Shown here piece by piece: positions 40,801-52,146 of a DNA stretch of 64,000 nucleotides (positions within the stretch are counted from its first letter, which is position 1; each line of letters opens with the position of its first letter). The notes beneath the pieces are model-generated. The model did no database searches. It saw only the letters and a program-made list of their open reading frames with translations, and was not told the DNA's origin. The translations under genes and the position numbers were made by a program. The DNA comes from Tubiluchus corallicola (taxonomy: Eukaryota; Animalia; Priapulida), in the NCBI GenBank assembly GCA_030141605.1, contig JAQGDQ010002393.1, positions 1-64,000 of the forward strand. The letters run 5' to 3'.

Positions 40801-41724
40801 ATGAGTTTTTCAATTACTATATTAGGAAGTAGTTCTGCCATTCCTACGCATCGACGCCACTTGTCTGCTCAAGTAGTAAAAATACTTGGGCAAGTTTTCT
40901 TGCTGGATTGTGGTGGAGGAACGCAGTTTCAAATGAAGCGTTTTAAAATCAAATATACTAAAATAGAGCATATCTTTATCACCCACCTACACGGAGACCA
41001 TTTTCTGGGTTTGTTTGGCTATCTTTCTACTCTTAATTTGCTTGGCAGGAGAAAGCCTGTGCATATTTATTCCGATATTAAGTTGCAAGAGATATTGGAA
41101 AAGTATTGGGAGCTGGAAGGTGTTCAACCTAAGTTTAAGATTGTTTTTCATTTCTTACAATATAGTAGGATGGAAGTGATATTTGAAGATAGAAATGTCA
41201 TTGTCTCTTCTTTTCCATTGAAACACAGTGTGCCTACTTGTGGGTTCTTATTTCAAGAGAAAAGGAAAATGAGAAACGTTATTAAGGAGAAAATAGAACT
41301 GTATAAAATCTCTAATGCTGAGATAAAACGTATTAAAAGAGGCGAGAACTTTATAACTGCCGAGGGGCATATCGTTCCTAATGAGGAGATAACTACTGAA
41401 CTACACCCTCCTCGTTCTTATGCCTATTGTACAGATACGGCTTATAGTGAGGAGGTAGTGAAAATAGTTAAAGGAGTAAACTTGCTTTATCACGAGGCTA
41501 CTTTTATGAATAAAGAAAAGAAATTGGCCAACAGTATATTGCACTCTACTTCCTTGGAAGCTGCAACTCTGGCAAAGAAGGCTGAAGCAAAAAAACTTTT
41601 GATAGGGCATTTTTCTGCTCGTTATAGAAATAGTGATTTGGAAAAATTGCTTAAAGAAGCCCAAATGGTATTTCCTAATACAGTGGCTGTAGCTGATGGT
41701 GATGTATACGAGATGTTCAATTAG
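40801..41724 (+). CDS. rnz: Ribonuclease Z
   Basis: THLHGDH, YCTDT, HEATF, GHFSARY. Confidence 0.96.
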   Translation: MSFSITILGSSSAIPTHRRHLSAQVVKILGQVFLLDCGGGTQFQMKRFKIKYTKIEHIFITHLHGDHFLGLFGYLSTLNLLGRRKPVHIYSDIKLQEILEKYWELEGVQPKFKIVFHFLQYSRMEVIFEDRNVIVSSFPLKHSVPTCGFLFQEKRKMRNVIKEKIELYKISNAEIKRIKRGENFITAEGHIVPNEEITTELHPPRSYAYCTDTAYSEEVVKIVKGVNLLYHEATFMNKEKKLANSILHSTSLEAATLAKKAEAKKLLIGHFSARYRNSDLEKLLKEAQMVFPNTVAVADGDVYEMFN

Positions 41725-41785
41725 ACAGTGTGTAAAATAGTTTAATTTGACCGTCCTCTTTTTTTGTCAAAATTATATATAAGGA

Positions 41786-42562
41786 ATGAAAAGTAAATTA
41801 AAAGCTTTTGAAGAATTGTCGCAGATAATGGATACTTTACGCGAAAAGTGTCCTTGGGACAAGAAGCAAACAATGAAAACCCTCCGCACGCTTACCTTAG
41901 AAGAGGTTTATGAATTATCAAATGCTGTGATAAAAAACGATATGGATGAAGTGAAGAAAGAACTGGGAGATTTGCTACTTCACGTGATGTTTTATAGTAA
42001 AATAGGGGAGGAGCAAGGGTGTTTTGATATTGCAGGAGTAATGCGAAGTCTTTGTAAGAAGTTGAAATACCGCCACCCACATATTTATGCAGATCTTATT
42101 GCAAAGAGTTCAAAAGAAGTAGAGCAAAATTGGGAACAATTGAAATTGGAAGAAAAGGGAGGGAACAAATCTGTTTTGGCAGGAGTACCACAAAACTTGC
42201 CTTCGCTTATAAAAGCTCATCGCATACAAGAAAAGGCTAGGGGAGTAGGCTTCGATTGGCAAAAACGAGAGCAAGTATGGGACAAAGTAACAGAGGAGTT
42301 GAATGAGTTGAAAAAAGAATTGAATAATATTAGTAAAGATAATATAGAAGCCGAATTTGGCGATTTATTCTTTTCTATTATCAATGCTGCAAGGCTCTAC
42401 CACATCAATTCTGATGATGCTTTGGAGAAAACAAATCAGAAATTTATTCGTAGGTTTAAATATTTGGAAGAAAAAACATTGAAACAAGGCAAAAGTCTTA
42501 AAAAGATGAGCCTTGGTGAGATGGATAAAATATGGGAGGAAGCTAAGGGGGTTGAAAAATAA
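41786..42562 (+). CDS. mazG: Nucleoside triphosphate pyrophosphohydrolase MazG
   Basis: CPWDKKQT, ELGDLL, RHPH, EFGDL. Confidence 0.96.
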   Translation: MKSKLKAFEELSQIMDTLREKCPWDKKQTMKTLRTLTLEEVYELSNAVIKNDMDEVKKELGDLLLHVMFYSKIGEEQGCFDIAGVMRSLCKKLKYRHPHIYADLIAKSSKEVEQNWEQLKLEEKGGNKSVLAGVPQNLPSLIKAHRIQEKARGVGFDWQKREQVWDKVTEELNELKKELNNISKDNIEAEFGDLFFSIINAARLYHINSDDALEKTNQKFIRRFKYLEEKTLKQGKSLKKMSLGEMDKIWEEAKGVEK

Positions 42563-42590
42563 ACTTGTCTTGCCCTTGAGGAAGGCAAAA

Positions 42591-42625
42591 ATAAAACCGT
42601 GCTAGCTTTTACAGCACGGTTTTAT
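42591..42625. terminator. Bidirectional terminator between mazG and LRR gene
   Basis: ataaaaccgtgct/agcacggttttat stem; duplicated at ~44416-44450. Confidence 0.8.
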
Positions 42626-43917
42626 TCATTTGAGCAGTGTTCTTCAAATTCTGCAGGGTCATCAAAAAGATGCACAAGTTCTCCATATAAATTGTAGATA
42701 TAAAGCATAGGATTAGGCTCTAATCCCCCATCATTTTCCAGCATATTTACAACACCCGTAATGTCGCAGGCTGTACCTTCATTTTCACTTTCACTTACAG
42801 CCAGATAATATAATCTATTCATATTGGATACATCCAAATTTTTAATTGCAACCTTAACATTTGCACAATTAAGTAGTTCTAAATCGAACTCATTTAATAC
42901 TGTTGCACTCAAAATAAGTGGTTGATTATGGATTTCTAAACTTCGTAAATTTGGGTTGTTAGTCTTGTTCAGAGTTAATAATTCAATTCGGTTATTATCG
43001 CACCTAAGTGTATCTAATAGCGGATGCTCACTTAGATCTAACTTTTTTAAATCATTTCTACGACAAGAAAGAAATGATAACTCCTTGTTGTAACTAATAT
43101 CTAATTTCGTTAATTTATTCACTGAGCAATCCAAGTATTTTAAATTTATAAAATATTCAATACCTTTTAAAGATGTAATACTATCATAATCATACTGTAC
43201 ATCAATTTTTTCAAGATTTATTACATCTGTATGTCTAATGTAAAGACTATCTTGATCAAAAGCGTTGGGGATTATACTTTGCAAGTAGTCTCTAAAAGTA
43301 TCATCTGGCACGTAAAAGTAAAAAGAAAAATTACAATCTTCTGCTATTTTGTCTGGAAGAGGGTTGGTTTTATTACCCTCAATAGATACCTCTCCTGCTC
43401 TCATCAAGTATTTTTGGAGGGAGCAATATTCATCTAGATTGATATTATTTTTGATAGAAAAATCTCCTCCTACAGAACTAAGACTATCTAAGCCCTGTAA
43501 ATTTTCTAAAGAACTATTATTCGCAATATCAAAATCTCCTCCTACAGAACTAAGGTTATCTAAGCCCTCTAAACTTACTAAAGAACTATTATTATCAATA
43601 TCAAGGCTTCCTCCTACAGAAATAAGGTTATCTAAGCCATTTAAACTATCTAAAGAACTATTCTTAATCTCGAGGCTTCCCTCTACAGATTTAATCGCTT
43701 GTAGTGGACTTAAGTCTGTAATGCCAGTACCACTAATAGATAAGCTCCCTGTCAACTCTTCACACCCCGCATTCCCAAAATTATTTACTTCTTCTTGACT
43801 TGTTAAGGTTACACTTTCACATCTTGGCGGTGATGGTACTTCATTTTTACTACAAGTTACTACAAGAGCAAAAAAAAGAAATAACAACGCCAATTGTTTT
43901 CTTTGTGAAATTTTCAT
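42622..43917 (-). CDS. Lipoprotein with receptor-L-domain-like 24-aa repeats and LRRs (paralog 1)
   Basis: LVVTC lipobox; LDNLxSVGGxLxIxNNSSL repeats; VPD..F...L cap; LxxLxCxxNxL repeats. Confidence 0.85.
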   Translation of the reverse strand: MKISQRKQLALLFLFFALVVTCSKNEVPSPPRCESVTLTSQEEVNNFGNAGCEELTGSLSISGTGITDLSPLQAIKSVEGSLEIKNSSLDSLNGLDNLISVGGSLDIDNNSSLVSLEGLDNLSSVGGDFDIANNSSLENLQGLDSLSSVGGDFSIKNNINLDEYCSLQKYLMRAGEVSIEGNKTNPLPDKIAEDCNFSFYFYVPDDTFRDYLQSIIPNAFDQDSLYIRHTDVINLEKIDVQYDYDSITSLKGIEYFINLKYLDCSVNKLTKLDISYNKELSFLSCRRNDLKKLDLSEHPLLDTLRCDNNRIELLTLNKTNNPNLRSLEIHNQPLILSATVLNEFDLELLNCANVKVAIKNLDVSNMNRLYYLAVSESENEGTACDITGVVNMLENDGGLEPNPMLYIYNLYGELVHLFDDPAEFEEHCSNE

Positions 43918-44140
43918 AACACATATTTTCATATTGATAAAAATTAATTTTCAAAAATAAAGAAATATTTTAAATATATCAGATTTTTTGTAAAGCATAC
44001 TTTCTTATATTTTCTTTCTTGTAATCATATACTTTATTTTTACTACTAATATAGCGGCAAGTTAGTTTTTATCTATAATTTATGAACTTTAATTAAGATT
44101 AAAAGATACACTACTTAAACTATTTATATGCCATTACCTT

Positions 44141-44456
44141 TCACAGCATTTGATAATTCATAAACCCCTTCTAAGGTGAGCGTGCGCAGGGTTTTCATTG
44201 TTTTCTTCTTGTACCAAACTTTTCGCGTAAGGCATCTATTATCTGCGATAATTCTTCTAAGACCTTTTTTTCTTGAAATAAGAACCCGCAAGTAGGCACA
44301 CTGTGTCTCAAAGGGAAAGAAGAAATAGTGACATTTCTATCTTCAAATATCACTTCCATTCCTACTATATTGTAAAAATGAAAAAAATATGGGAGGAAGC
44401 TAAGAGGGTTGAAAAATAAAACCGTGCTAGCTTTTGCAGCACGGTTTTATTCATTT
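44141..44456. pseudogene. Mosaic scar: inverted fragments of mazG and rnz, direct copy of mazG 3' end and terminator
   Basis: 44141-44258 matches the reverse complement of ~41810-41930; 44263-44385 matches the reverse complement of 41144-41265; 44384-44456 matches 42527-42631 with an internal deletion. Confidence 0.88.
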
Positions 44457-44464
44457 ATAAATTA

Positions 44465-46468
44465 TTACCAACCATGCTTCCGACAGTATTTGCTTTGAAA
44501 TCCATCATAGGAAGTATAAGACTCAAAATCATAGTTTAGACCATCTTCTGTATAGTAGATATGAATCGATGTTGTTTCACCATTTTCACCCTCCCTATCC
44601 AACATCTTTTCTATATCCTCAATGTCGCAAGCAAAACCGAAGTCTTGTTGGTGGTAGTTATCACTTACACTCAACATGTGTAAATATTCCATCTCAGTTA
44701 GAGTCAAACCATTAAAATCAACGGAAGTGTGATTGAACCAAAGCTCCCTAAGCCCAGCGAAACTATTTATTTGGTTTATATCCCAAGTAAGTTTCTTATT
44801 TTCATGTATCCTTAACACTCTTAATGTATTTGGGGCATTTTCGTGAAGACTTAATTCTCCTTCTATATTATTGTCTTGACACTCAAGTCTTTCTAAATAT
44901 GCCAAATTTGATATATCTAATTCCGCAAGATCATTTTCACTACACTCAAGTCTTTCTAAACTTGAATTATTACTCACATCTAATGTTGTAAGCTCATTTT
45001 CAAAGCACCTAAAATCTACTAAATTTGTTAAATTTGATATATCTAATTCCGTAAGATTATTGTTATCACACCTAAGGGTCTCTAAATTTGGAGCATTACT
45101 CAGATCTAAGGATTCAAGCTTATTACCACCACAACTAAGATGTTCTAACTTAGAAGAAGTAGAAGAACTTAGGTTTAATTCATTTATACCAATACCATAA
45201 CAATAAAGAAACTCTAATTGCGTAAGGCTGTTAGGAACAGTAAAGCTCTCTTCAATATTTTTAGCATAAGAGAAACTTAAATACACCAGCTTTGTAAGCC
45301 CCGATATAAATGTAGTGAAGTTGAAGCCCTCCTCATCAAAGGTGTTAGAGCCGCAATCTAGACGCGTCAATTCTTTATTATTGCTTAGATCTAAGGATTT
45401 GAGCTTATTGGAAGAGCAGTATAATGTTTCTAATTTTGTATTTTTGCTCACATCTAAACCATGTTTGTATCCGTTGCGGTTGATACTATAGCCGCAGCTT
45501 AAGAACTTTAATTCTGTATTTTTGCTCACATCCAATGTATCTAATTTCTGAGATGAGCAAATCAAGGATTCTAAATTTGGAAAATATTCAATACCTTCTA
45601 AAGAACTAATATCGCCAGTACTATTATGCTTTACATCTATTGTCTTAAGATTTACTGCATCTGGATGTGTAATGTCAAGAAAATCACCTTCAACAAAAGC
45701 ATTAGGAATTGTGTTTTTTAGGTAGGCTCTAAAATTCTCATCTGGCACGTAAAAGGTATAAGAAAATCCACAAGCTTCTGCAATTTCATATTTATCAGGG
45801 TTATCTAAATTACCCTCAACAATATCTATCGTTCCTCCTTGCTGCAAATATGTTTTGAGGGCACAAAAACCATCTAGACTTTCATTATCTTTGATAGAAA
45901 AAATTCCACCTACAGAACTAAGGTTATCTAAGCCTTTTAAACTTTCTAAAGAACTATTATTCAGAATATCAAAATTTCCTTTTACAGAACTAAGGTTTTC
46001 TAAGCCCTCTAAATCTACTAAAGAACTATTATTATCAATCTCAAGGTTTCCTCCTACAGAACTAAGGTTATCTAAGCCCTGTAAACTTTCTAAAGAACTA
46101 TTATTATCAATCTCAAGGTTTCCTCCTATAGAAATAAGGTTATCTAAGCCCTTTAAATTTACTAAAGAACTATTATTATCAATCTCAAGGTTTCCTCCTA
46201 TAGATTCAATCGTTAGTAGTGGAGTTAAGTCTGTAATGTCACTACCACTAATAGATAGTTTCCCTGTTATACTTTCACACTCCGCACTTGCAAAATCATC
46301 TACTTCATCTTGACTTGTTAAGGTCACATTTTCACATTCTGGCTTCGGATCTGGTGGTGGTGGTGGTTCTTCGTTATCATCTTTACTACAGGTTACTACA
46401 AGAGCAGAAAAAAGAAGAACAAAAAAAAGAAATAACAACGCTGGTTGTTTTTTTTGTAAAGTTTTCAT
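44465..46468 (-). CDS. Lipoprotein with L-domain-like repeats and long LRR tract (paralog 2)
   Basis: Same signal peptide and architecture as paralog 1, poly-Pro linker, more repeats. Confidence 0.85.
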   Translation of the reverse strand: MKTLQKKQPALLFLFFVLLFSALVVTCSKDDNEEPPPPPDPKPECENVTLTSQDEVDDFASAECESITGKLSISGSDITDLTPLLTIESIGGNLEIDNNSSLVNLKGLDNLISIGGNLEIDNNSSLESLQGLDNLSSVGGNLEIDNNSSLVDLEGLENLSSVKGNFDILNNSSLESLKGLDNLSSVGGIFSIKDNESLDGFCALKTYLQQGGTIDIVEGNLDNPDKYEIAEACGFSYTFYVPDENFRAYLKNTIPNAFVEGDFLDITHPDAVNLKTIDVKHNSTGDISSLEGIEYFPNLESLICSSQKLDTLDVSKNTELKFLSCGYSINRNGYKHGLDVSKNTKLETLYCSSNKLKSLDLSNNKELTRLDCGSNTFDEEGFNFTTFISGLTKLVYLSFSYAKNIEESFTVPNSLTQLEFLYCYGIGINELNLSSSTSSKLEHLSCGGNKLESLDLSNAPNLETLRCDNNNLTELDISNLTNLVDFRCFENELTTLDVSNNSSLERLECSENDLAELDISNLAYLERLECQDNNIEGELSLHENAPNTLRVLRIHENKKLTWDINQINSFAGLRELWFNHTSVDFNGLTLTEMEYLHMLSVSDNYHQQDFGFACDIEDIEKMLDREGENGETTSIHIYYTEDGLNYDFESYTSYDGFQSKYCRKHGW

Positions 46469-46668
46469 AACACACATTTTTAAAATTACACTTAAAATAT
46501 TAACTCTCAAAAATCAAAGGTAAAAAAATATTTTAAATATATCAAGTTTTTTTTATAAAAAATATACTTTCTTACATTTTCTGCCTTGTAATCATTTACT
46601 ACTAATATAGCTACAAGTTAGTTTTTATCTATAATTTATGAACTTTAATAAGATTAAAAAATATGGTG

Positions 46669-49665
46669 TTATCTTTTCTTCTTTATTCTTCCTACTATCT
46701 TTTTAGCTCTTTTCTTTGTGTCGTATGCTATAGGTGTGGCTATGAATAGCGAAGAGTAGGTTCCAACAATTACTCCTATAAGCAAAGCAAATATAAATCC
46801 TTGTATAATCTCTCCTCCAAATAGAAATATAGCAAGTAGTACTATAAGAGTACTTAGAGAGGTGCTAAATGTTCTTCTTAATGTACTGTTGAGTGCTTTA
46901 TTTGTTATTTCTTGGGTATCTCTTTTTGGGTAAAGCTGCAAATATTCTCTTATTCTATCGAAAACTACTACTGTATCGTTAATAGAATATCCTGCTACTG
47001 TAAGTATGGCTGCTATAAATGCTTGATTAATTTCTAACGAGAAAGGCATAATATTGTAAAGAAGTGAAAACAACCCCAGTACAATAATCGTGTCGTGAGC
47101 TAATGCAACAACTGCCCCAAGCCCATATTGCCAAGCCCTAAAACGTAGCAATATGTATAAGAAAATAATGATAAGAGCAAAAATAATAGAAAGTACAGCT
47201 GACTGTTTTATATCTTCGGCAATGGTAGGTCCTACCTTTTGTGAACTTATAATATAATTATTTGCAAAGTTTTCTTGACTAACTTCTTGTCCTATAAAAG
47301 GAAGCAATCCTGCATAAAGCAATTTTTCTACTTCTTCATCTATTTCTGGAGTATCATCATTTATTTTGTATTTAGTGGTTATTTTAAGTCGTTTGTCATT
47401 GGTTGATGTTTTTACCTCTGGACTACTGTTGAACTGTGCTGTAAGTTCTTTTCTAACATTTTCTGTAGTTACAGGGTTTTGAAATTCTACGGTATACCTT
47501 CTTCCTCCAAGAAAATCAATACTTTGGTTCAAACCATTGGTAAGTAGCGAGCCAATAGATATAAGTATAAGTATTCCAGAAAATGTATAAGCTAATTTTC
47601 TTTTCTTTATGAAATTAATATTTGTATTGGTCAATAAATTCTTAGTAAGGTTAGAGATAAATGTAATTTTTTTACTTCCTTTTTTCAGCTTGTGTTCAAA
47701 TATAAGGCGTGTGATAAATATAGCACAAAACAAAGAAGTACAGATACCTATGATAAGTGTGGTTGCAAAACCTTTGATAGGTCCTGTTCCAAAATAATAA
47801 AGTATAATACCCGTAAGAAATGTGGTAATATTGGCATCAAAAATGGCTGAATATGCATTTCTATATCCATCCGCAACAGCAAGTTTTATTCCCTTACCAG
47901 CCTTCAATTCTTCATTTATCCTTTCATATATTAGCACATTGGCATCTACTGACATACCAATAGTAAGAATAATACCTGCGATACCGGGCAAGGTAAGTAC
48001 GGCACCAAGCGAAGCAAGCACACCAAGTATGAAAAACATATTGACAATAAGAGCAATATTGGCAGTAAAACCAGCATTAGTGCTATAAAAGAGTAGCATA
48101 TAAAAAAGCACTATAACAAAAGCAATAATAAATGAGTTCGTCCCAGCCTTGATAGATTCTTTACCAAGTGTAGGTCCTACAGTTTCATCCTGTACTATGT
48201 TGATAGGAGCAGGTAATTTACCCGATTTAAGTATATTCGCAAGGTCTTGTGCTTCTTCTATGGTGAAATTACCTGTAATTTGCGAAATACCATTAGGAAT
48301 TTCTCCTTGTACTGTAGGAGACGAGTATACATAGCCATCCAACATTATGGCAATACATTTATCTATATTGTTTTTGGTCAGTCTTGCCCAAATCTTAGCA
48401 CCTTCAGTATTCATCTTCATTGTTATCTCAGGGTTTACACCTGTTTGGTCAAACTGCTGCGAGGCATCAGCAATATAATTACCTGTAAGAGCGGGCAATT
48501 GATTTCTATTGGTAACCTTAATAGCGTGTAACCTAAATACATCCTTAGTATTTTTTATTGGTTTAGCTTCCCATACAAACTTTATGTTTCTGGGAAATAA
48601 ATTACTAATTTGTTTTAAAGACAAATAATGATTTATGAGGGCAGTATCTTTGGCTTTGGTGAGTCCAATAGTGGAACTAGTGATGAGTTGCCCTTGGCTG
48701 TCTAAATTAGGATACAACTTAGAAAACAAAGGATATTCTTTTTCTGCATTTATATCTACAGTGGTTTGTGTTGTTGTATCTTCTTCTATTTCACCAAGTA
48801 ATTCTTCTATGTTTGAAGAGGTAGTAGCATCTGTTTTTTCAGTTTTTGTTTGTGCTTTCTGTTCTGTTTTAGGAACATTAGCAGCTAGTATTTCCTTTAG
48901 TTTTTCATTGGCTTGCTCAAGGGTGGGGTATATTTCAGTATTGTCATAAGTCTCCCAGAACTCCAAATTAGCACTACCTTGTAATAGCTTTCTTACTCTT
49001 TGCGGGTCTTTGACACCTGGTAACTCAACCAATATTCTACCTGTTATTTCAGCTTTTTGTATATTGGGTTGAGCCACGCCAAAACGGTCTATTCTTGTTC
49101 TAAGTATATTAAAGGTATTGTCGATAGATGCTTGTATTTCTTCTCTCAATACTTTTTCTACATCTTGGTTTGATGAATTGAAATTTATCCTATCCGAAAG
49201 TTCTCGAGTAGAAAAGATAGCCGCCAATTGTCCATTGGGAGCTATAGCTTCAAAAGCGTTGATAAATAGAGAGATAAAATCTTCCTGATGATTAGTAACA
49301 CGATTTTCTTTAGCAAGAGTAAGAGCATAGTTGAAAGTGCTGTCTTTGTTATAGTTGGAAAGTGCTTTTATAATCTCTTCTACCGATACTTCAAGCGTTA
49401 CATTCATTCCACCTTTGAGGTCTAAACCAAGATTCAGTTCTTGCTCCTTGCATTCGCGGTAGGTGTATTCTCTTAATCCAAGAAAATTATAAACAGTTTC
49501 ATCAGAGATAGAATCTATATATTTATTATAAGTGTCAGGGTCTCCCTGTGCGTACGTTTCTGCTTCTTTTTCTATACTTTTAGTTTTGTAAGTAAAAGTG
49601 AGTTGGTAGATAGATATAAGGGCTACTATAATTGCTATTGAGATGATGGCTCCTTTGTTTCGCAT
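46669..49665 (-). CDS. secDF: Protein translocase subunit SecDF
   Basis: LGLDLKGG, GMSVDANV, GYSINDTVVVFDRIRE. Confidence 0.98.
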   Translation of the reverse strand: MRNKGAIISIAIIVALISIYQLTFTYKTKSIEKEAETYAQGDPDTYNKYIDSISDETVYNFLGLREYTYRECKEQELNLGLDLKGGMNVTLEVSVEEIIKALSNYNKDSTFNYALTLAKENRVTNHQEDFISLFINAFEAIAPNGQLAAIFSTRELSDRINFNSSNQDVEKVLREEIQASIDNTFNILRTRIDRFGVAQPNIQKAEITGRILVELPGVKDPQRVRKLLQGSANLEFWETYDNTEIYPTLEQANEKLKEILAANVPKTEQKAQTKTEKTDATTSSNIEELLGEIEEDTTTQTTVDINAEKEYPLFSKLYPNLDSQGQLITSSTIGLTKAKDTALINHYLSLKQISNLFPRNIKFVWEAKPIKNTKDVFRLHAIKVTNRNQLPALTGNYIADASQQFDQTGVNPEITMKMNTEGAKIWARLTKNNIDKCIAIMLDGYVYSSPTVQGEIPNGISQITGNFTIEEAQDLANILKSGKLPAPINIVQDETVGPTLGKESIKAGTNSFIIAFVIVLFYMLLFYSTNAGFTANIALIVNMFFILGVLASLGAVLTLPGIAGIILTIGMSVDANVLIYERINEELKAGKGIKLAVADGYRNAYSAIFDANITTFLTGIILYYFGTGPIKGFATTLIIGICTSLFCAIFITRLIFEHKLKKGSKKITFISNLTKNLLTNTNINFIKKRKLAYTFSGILILISIGSLLTNGLNQSIDFLGGRRYTVEFQNPVTTENVRKELTAQFNSSPEVKTSTNDKRLKITTKYKINDDTPEIDEEVEKLLYAGLLPFIGQEVSQENFANNYIISSQKVGPTIAEDIKQSAVLSIIFALIIIFLYILLRFRAWQYGLGAVVALAHDTIIVLGLFSLLYNIMPFSLEINQAFIAAILTVAGYSINDTVVVFDRIREYLQLYPKRDTQEITNKALNSTLRRTFSTSLSTLIVLLAIFLFGGEIIQGFIFALLIGVIVGTYSSLFIATPIAYDTKKRAKKIVGRIKKKR

Positions 49666-49840
49666 TGGTACTATATTATTATTTTATTAATATTGTGTAT
49701 TTTTAGGATGCAAATATATTGTTTTTGTTTTAATATGTGAAATAGTTGAGAATATATTTTATAATTACAGTTGTTATTTCCTTATAACAAGTATTTTTTC
49801 TAAAAACTTTCAATATCAAGGTAAAGAATATAGCGATGTC

Positions 49841-49940
49841 ATTATCAATAGGTAGGAAATAATATACAATGTTAGTATCATTACTGAATTTTGCTGTTGC
49901 AAAATATCAGGAATCTTAAAACACATAAGATACCTGCTTT
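49841..49940 (+). repeat. Second copy of the dispersed ~100-bp repeat
   Basis: Aligns to the reverse complement of 6788-6889; partial third copy at ~650-680. Confidence 0.8.
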
Positions 49941-50052
49941 CGCTTAAAAGTAAACTAAGTATAAAAACATTTTGTAAGAAATAATAAAATATTTACATTT
50001 GTTACTCAAAATTATGTGAAGTGCATAAGTACGTTTCCTTAAAAAAAATAAA

Positions 50053-50709
50053 ATGAAAAAACAACCACAAATAGCTATTATTCTATCGGGTTGCGGCGTT
50101 TATGATGGGTCAGAAATACACGAAGTTGTTCTTACAATGCTTGCCATAGATAAAAACAATGCCCAATATACTTTATTTGCTCCTGATATACCACAATATC
50201 ATGTTGTCAATCACATTACAGGAGAAGAGCAACGAGAAACAAGAAGTGTACTAGTAGAGGCATCCAGAATAGCACGAGGCAAGATAGAGCCATTGTCTTG
50301 TTTTGACCCTAAAAAATATGATGCTCTGATACTACCGGGTGGTTTTGGGGCGGCTAAAAATTTGTCTAACTTTGCTTTTAAAGGGGAGGGTTTTAGCATA
50401 TACAAAGAGGTAGAACAGGCCTTGAAGCAAATGGCACAGCTCAACAAACCCATTGGAGCATTGTGTATAGCACCTGTTATACTGGCTAAAATATTTGAAA
50501 AAGTAAGAGTAACTATAGGACAAGATGAAGATACAGCTGTAACTGTTGAAAAGTTAGGGGCTGTGCATACTCAAGCAACTCATAACGAGATAATCGTAGA
50601 TGAAAAGCACAAAGTAGTAACTACACCTTGTTATATGCTGGATGTAAGTATCTCTCAAGTAAATGAAGGTATCAATAAACTTGTAGAACAAGTGTTGAAA
50701 TTAATATAG
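50053..50709 (+). CDS. elbB: Glyoxalase ElbB (DJ-1/PfpI superfamily)
   Basis: LSGCGVYDGSEIHE, RIARG, PGGFGAAKNL, CIAP. Confidence 0.95.
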   Translation: MKKQPQIAIILSGCGVYDGSEIHEVVLTMLAIDKNNAQYTLFAPDIPQYHVVNHITGEEQRETRSVLVEASRIARGKIEPLSCFDPKKYDALILPGGFGAAKNLSNFAFKGEGFSIYKEVEQALKQMAQLNKPIGALCIAPVILAKIFEKVRVTIGQDEDTAVTVEKLGAVHTQATHNEIIVDEKHKVVTTPCYMLDVSISQVNEGINKLVEQVLKLI

Positions 50710-50895
50710 TTGTAACCTACCTCAGTATTCTTGTTATTTTCTTTCACAAAAAAGAAGATGTCCGATTGTCGAGTTTACTGTTTGCTTTTTTTAAACAGGA
50801 AACGCTTTTAAAAGGATAGAACAATATTAAACAAGAGATAAGGAATATAAGAAGAAACAAATATCTTATTTGCTACGAGGGGGGGGTAGTTATTT

Positions 50896-52146
50896 TTATT
50901 TGTCCCGTATCACTCCATCACCTTGTATTATCCACTTGTAACTTGTTAGTTCCTCTAAGGCCATCGGTCCCCGAGCATGTAGTTTCTGTGTACTGATGCC
51001 TATCTCTGCTCCCAATCCAAACTGCGCCCCATCAGTGAAAGCAGTAGATACGTTGGCATAAACAGATGAGGCATCTACTAATTTCAAGAACTTATTAATG
51101 TTTTCACTATTTTCAGATATAATAGCCTCGCTGTGCATAGAGCTGTATTGGTTGATGTGGTCTATGGCTTCGTCTATATTTTCTACAGTTTTAATAGACA
51201 TTTTATGCGATAAAAACTCTGTGCCAAAGGAGGATGTATTTGCCTTTTGTAACAATTCGGTTGGATAATTGCCTTGTAGTGCTTTAAAAGCAAATTTGTC
51301 TGCATAGATAAGCACATTGCTACTTTCCATTTCTTTTATTATTTGTGGTAGTTCGGCAAGACGTTTTTTGTGTATTACAAGGCAATCCAAAGCATTGCAC
51401 ACACTTACTCTACGCGTTTTGGCATTTACTATTATTTTAGTGCCTTTTTTCAAATCAGCAAACTCGTCAAAATAGGTATGTACAATACCTGCTCCTGTTT
51501 CTATTACAGGTATAGAGGCATTCTCTCTCACAAAGTTGATAAGCCCTTGACTGCCCCTAGGTATAATTAAATCCACATAGCCGTGAGCATTTAATAAGTC
51601 AGCAGCAGCTTCACGTTCGGCAGGCAGCAGGGTAATAATATCTTCGTTCAACTGATGTTTTTTCAATACTTCTTTTATAATCTTTGTTATAGCCATATTG
51701 CTATCGTGAGCATCGCTACCGCCTTTAAGCATACAAGCGTTACCTGATTTAAGGCATAGGGCAAACACATCTACCGTTACATTGGGACGTGATTCGTATA
51801 TGATACCTATCACACCGAAAGGTACAGTTTCTTTTGTTATTTGCAAACCATTGGGTTGGGTTTTACTCATCAAAGTTTTACCTAATGGAGAAGGTAAACT
51901 GGCTACATTGCGTATGTCGTGAGCGATACTTTTTATGCGTTCAGTAGTCAATAGCAATCTATCGTACTTAGGGTCATCCTCATTCATACGTGCAAGATCT
52001 TTCTTGTTTTCAGCAAGTATGTAAGGAGCTTGCTCTACTATGGCATTGGCTACATTGTTGAGAACAGCATTGATAATTTCTGCGTTTAAAAGTAATATGC
52101 TTTTGCTGGCTTTTTTTATGTTTTCAAAAGCTTGTTTGTTTTTCAT
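50896..52146 (-). CDS. proA: Gamma-glutamyl phosphate reductase
   Basis: [29 protein letters not shown]. Confidence 0.97.
   Translation of the reverse strand: MKNKQAFENIKKASKSILLLNAEIINAVLNNVANAIVEQAPYILAENKKDLARMNEDDPKYDRLLLTTERIKSIAHDIRNVASLPSPLGKTLMSKTQPNGLQITKETVPFGVIGIIYESRPNVTVDVFALCLKSGNACMLKGGSDAHDSNMAITKIIKEVLKKHQLNEDIITLLPAEREAAADLLNAHGYVDLIIPRGSQGLINFVRENASIPVIETGAGIVHTYFDEFADLKKGTKIIVNAKTRRVSVCNALDCLVIHKKRLAELPQIIKEMESSNVLIYADKFAFKALQGNYPTELLQKANTSSFGTEFLSHKMSIKTVENIDEAIDHINQYSSMHSEAIISENSENINKFLKLVDASSVYANVSTAFTDGAQFGLGAEIGISTQKLHARGPMALEELTSYKWIIQGDGVIRDK

Noticed and set aside
43400-46210. 72-bp repeats as a CRISPR array or DGR template/variable pair
   Set aside because: Contiguous coding repeats without spacers; no reverse transcriptase; differences are not adenine-specific.
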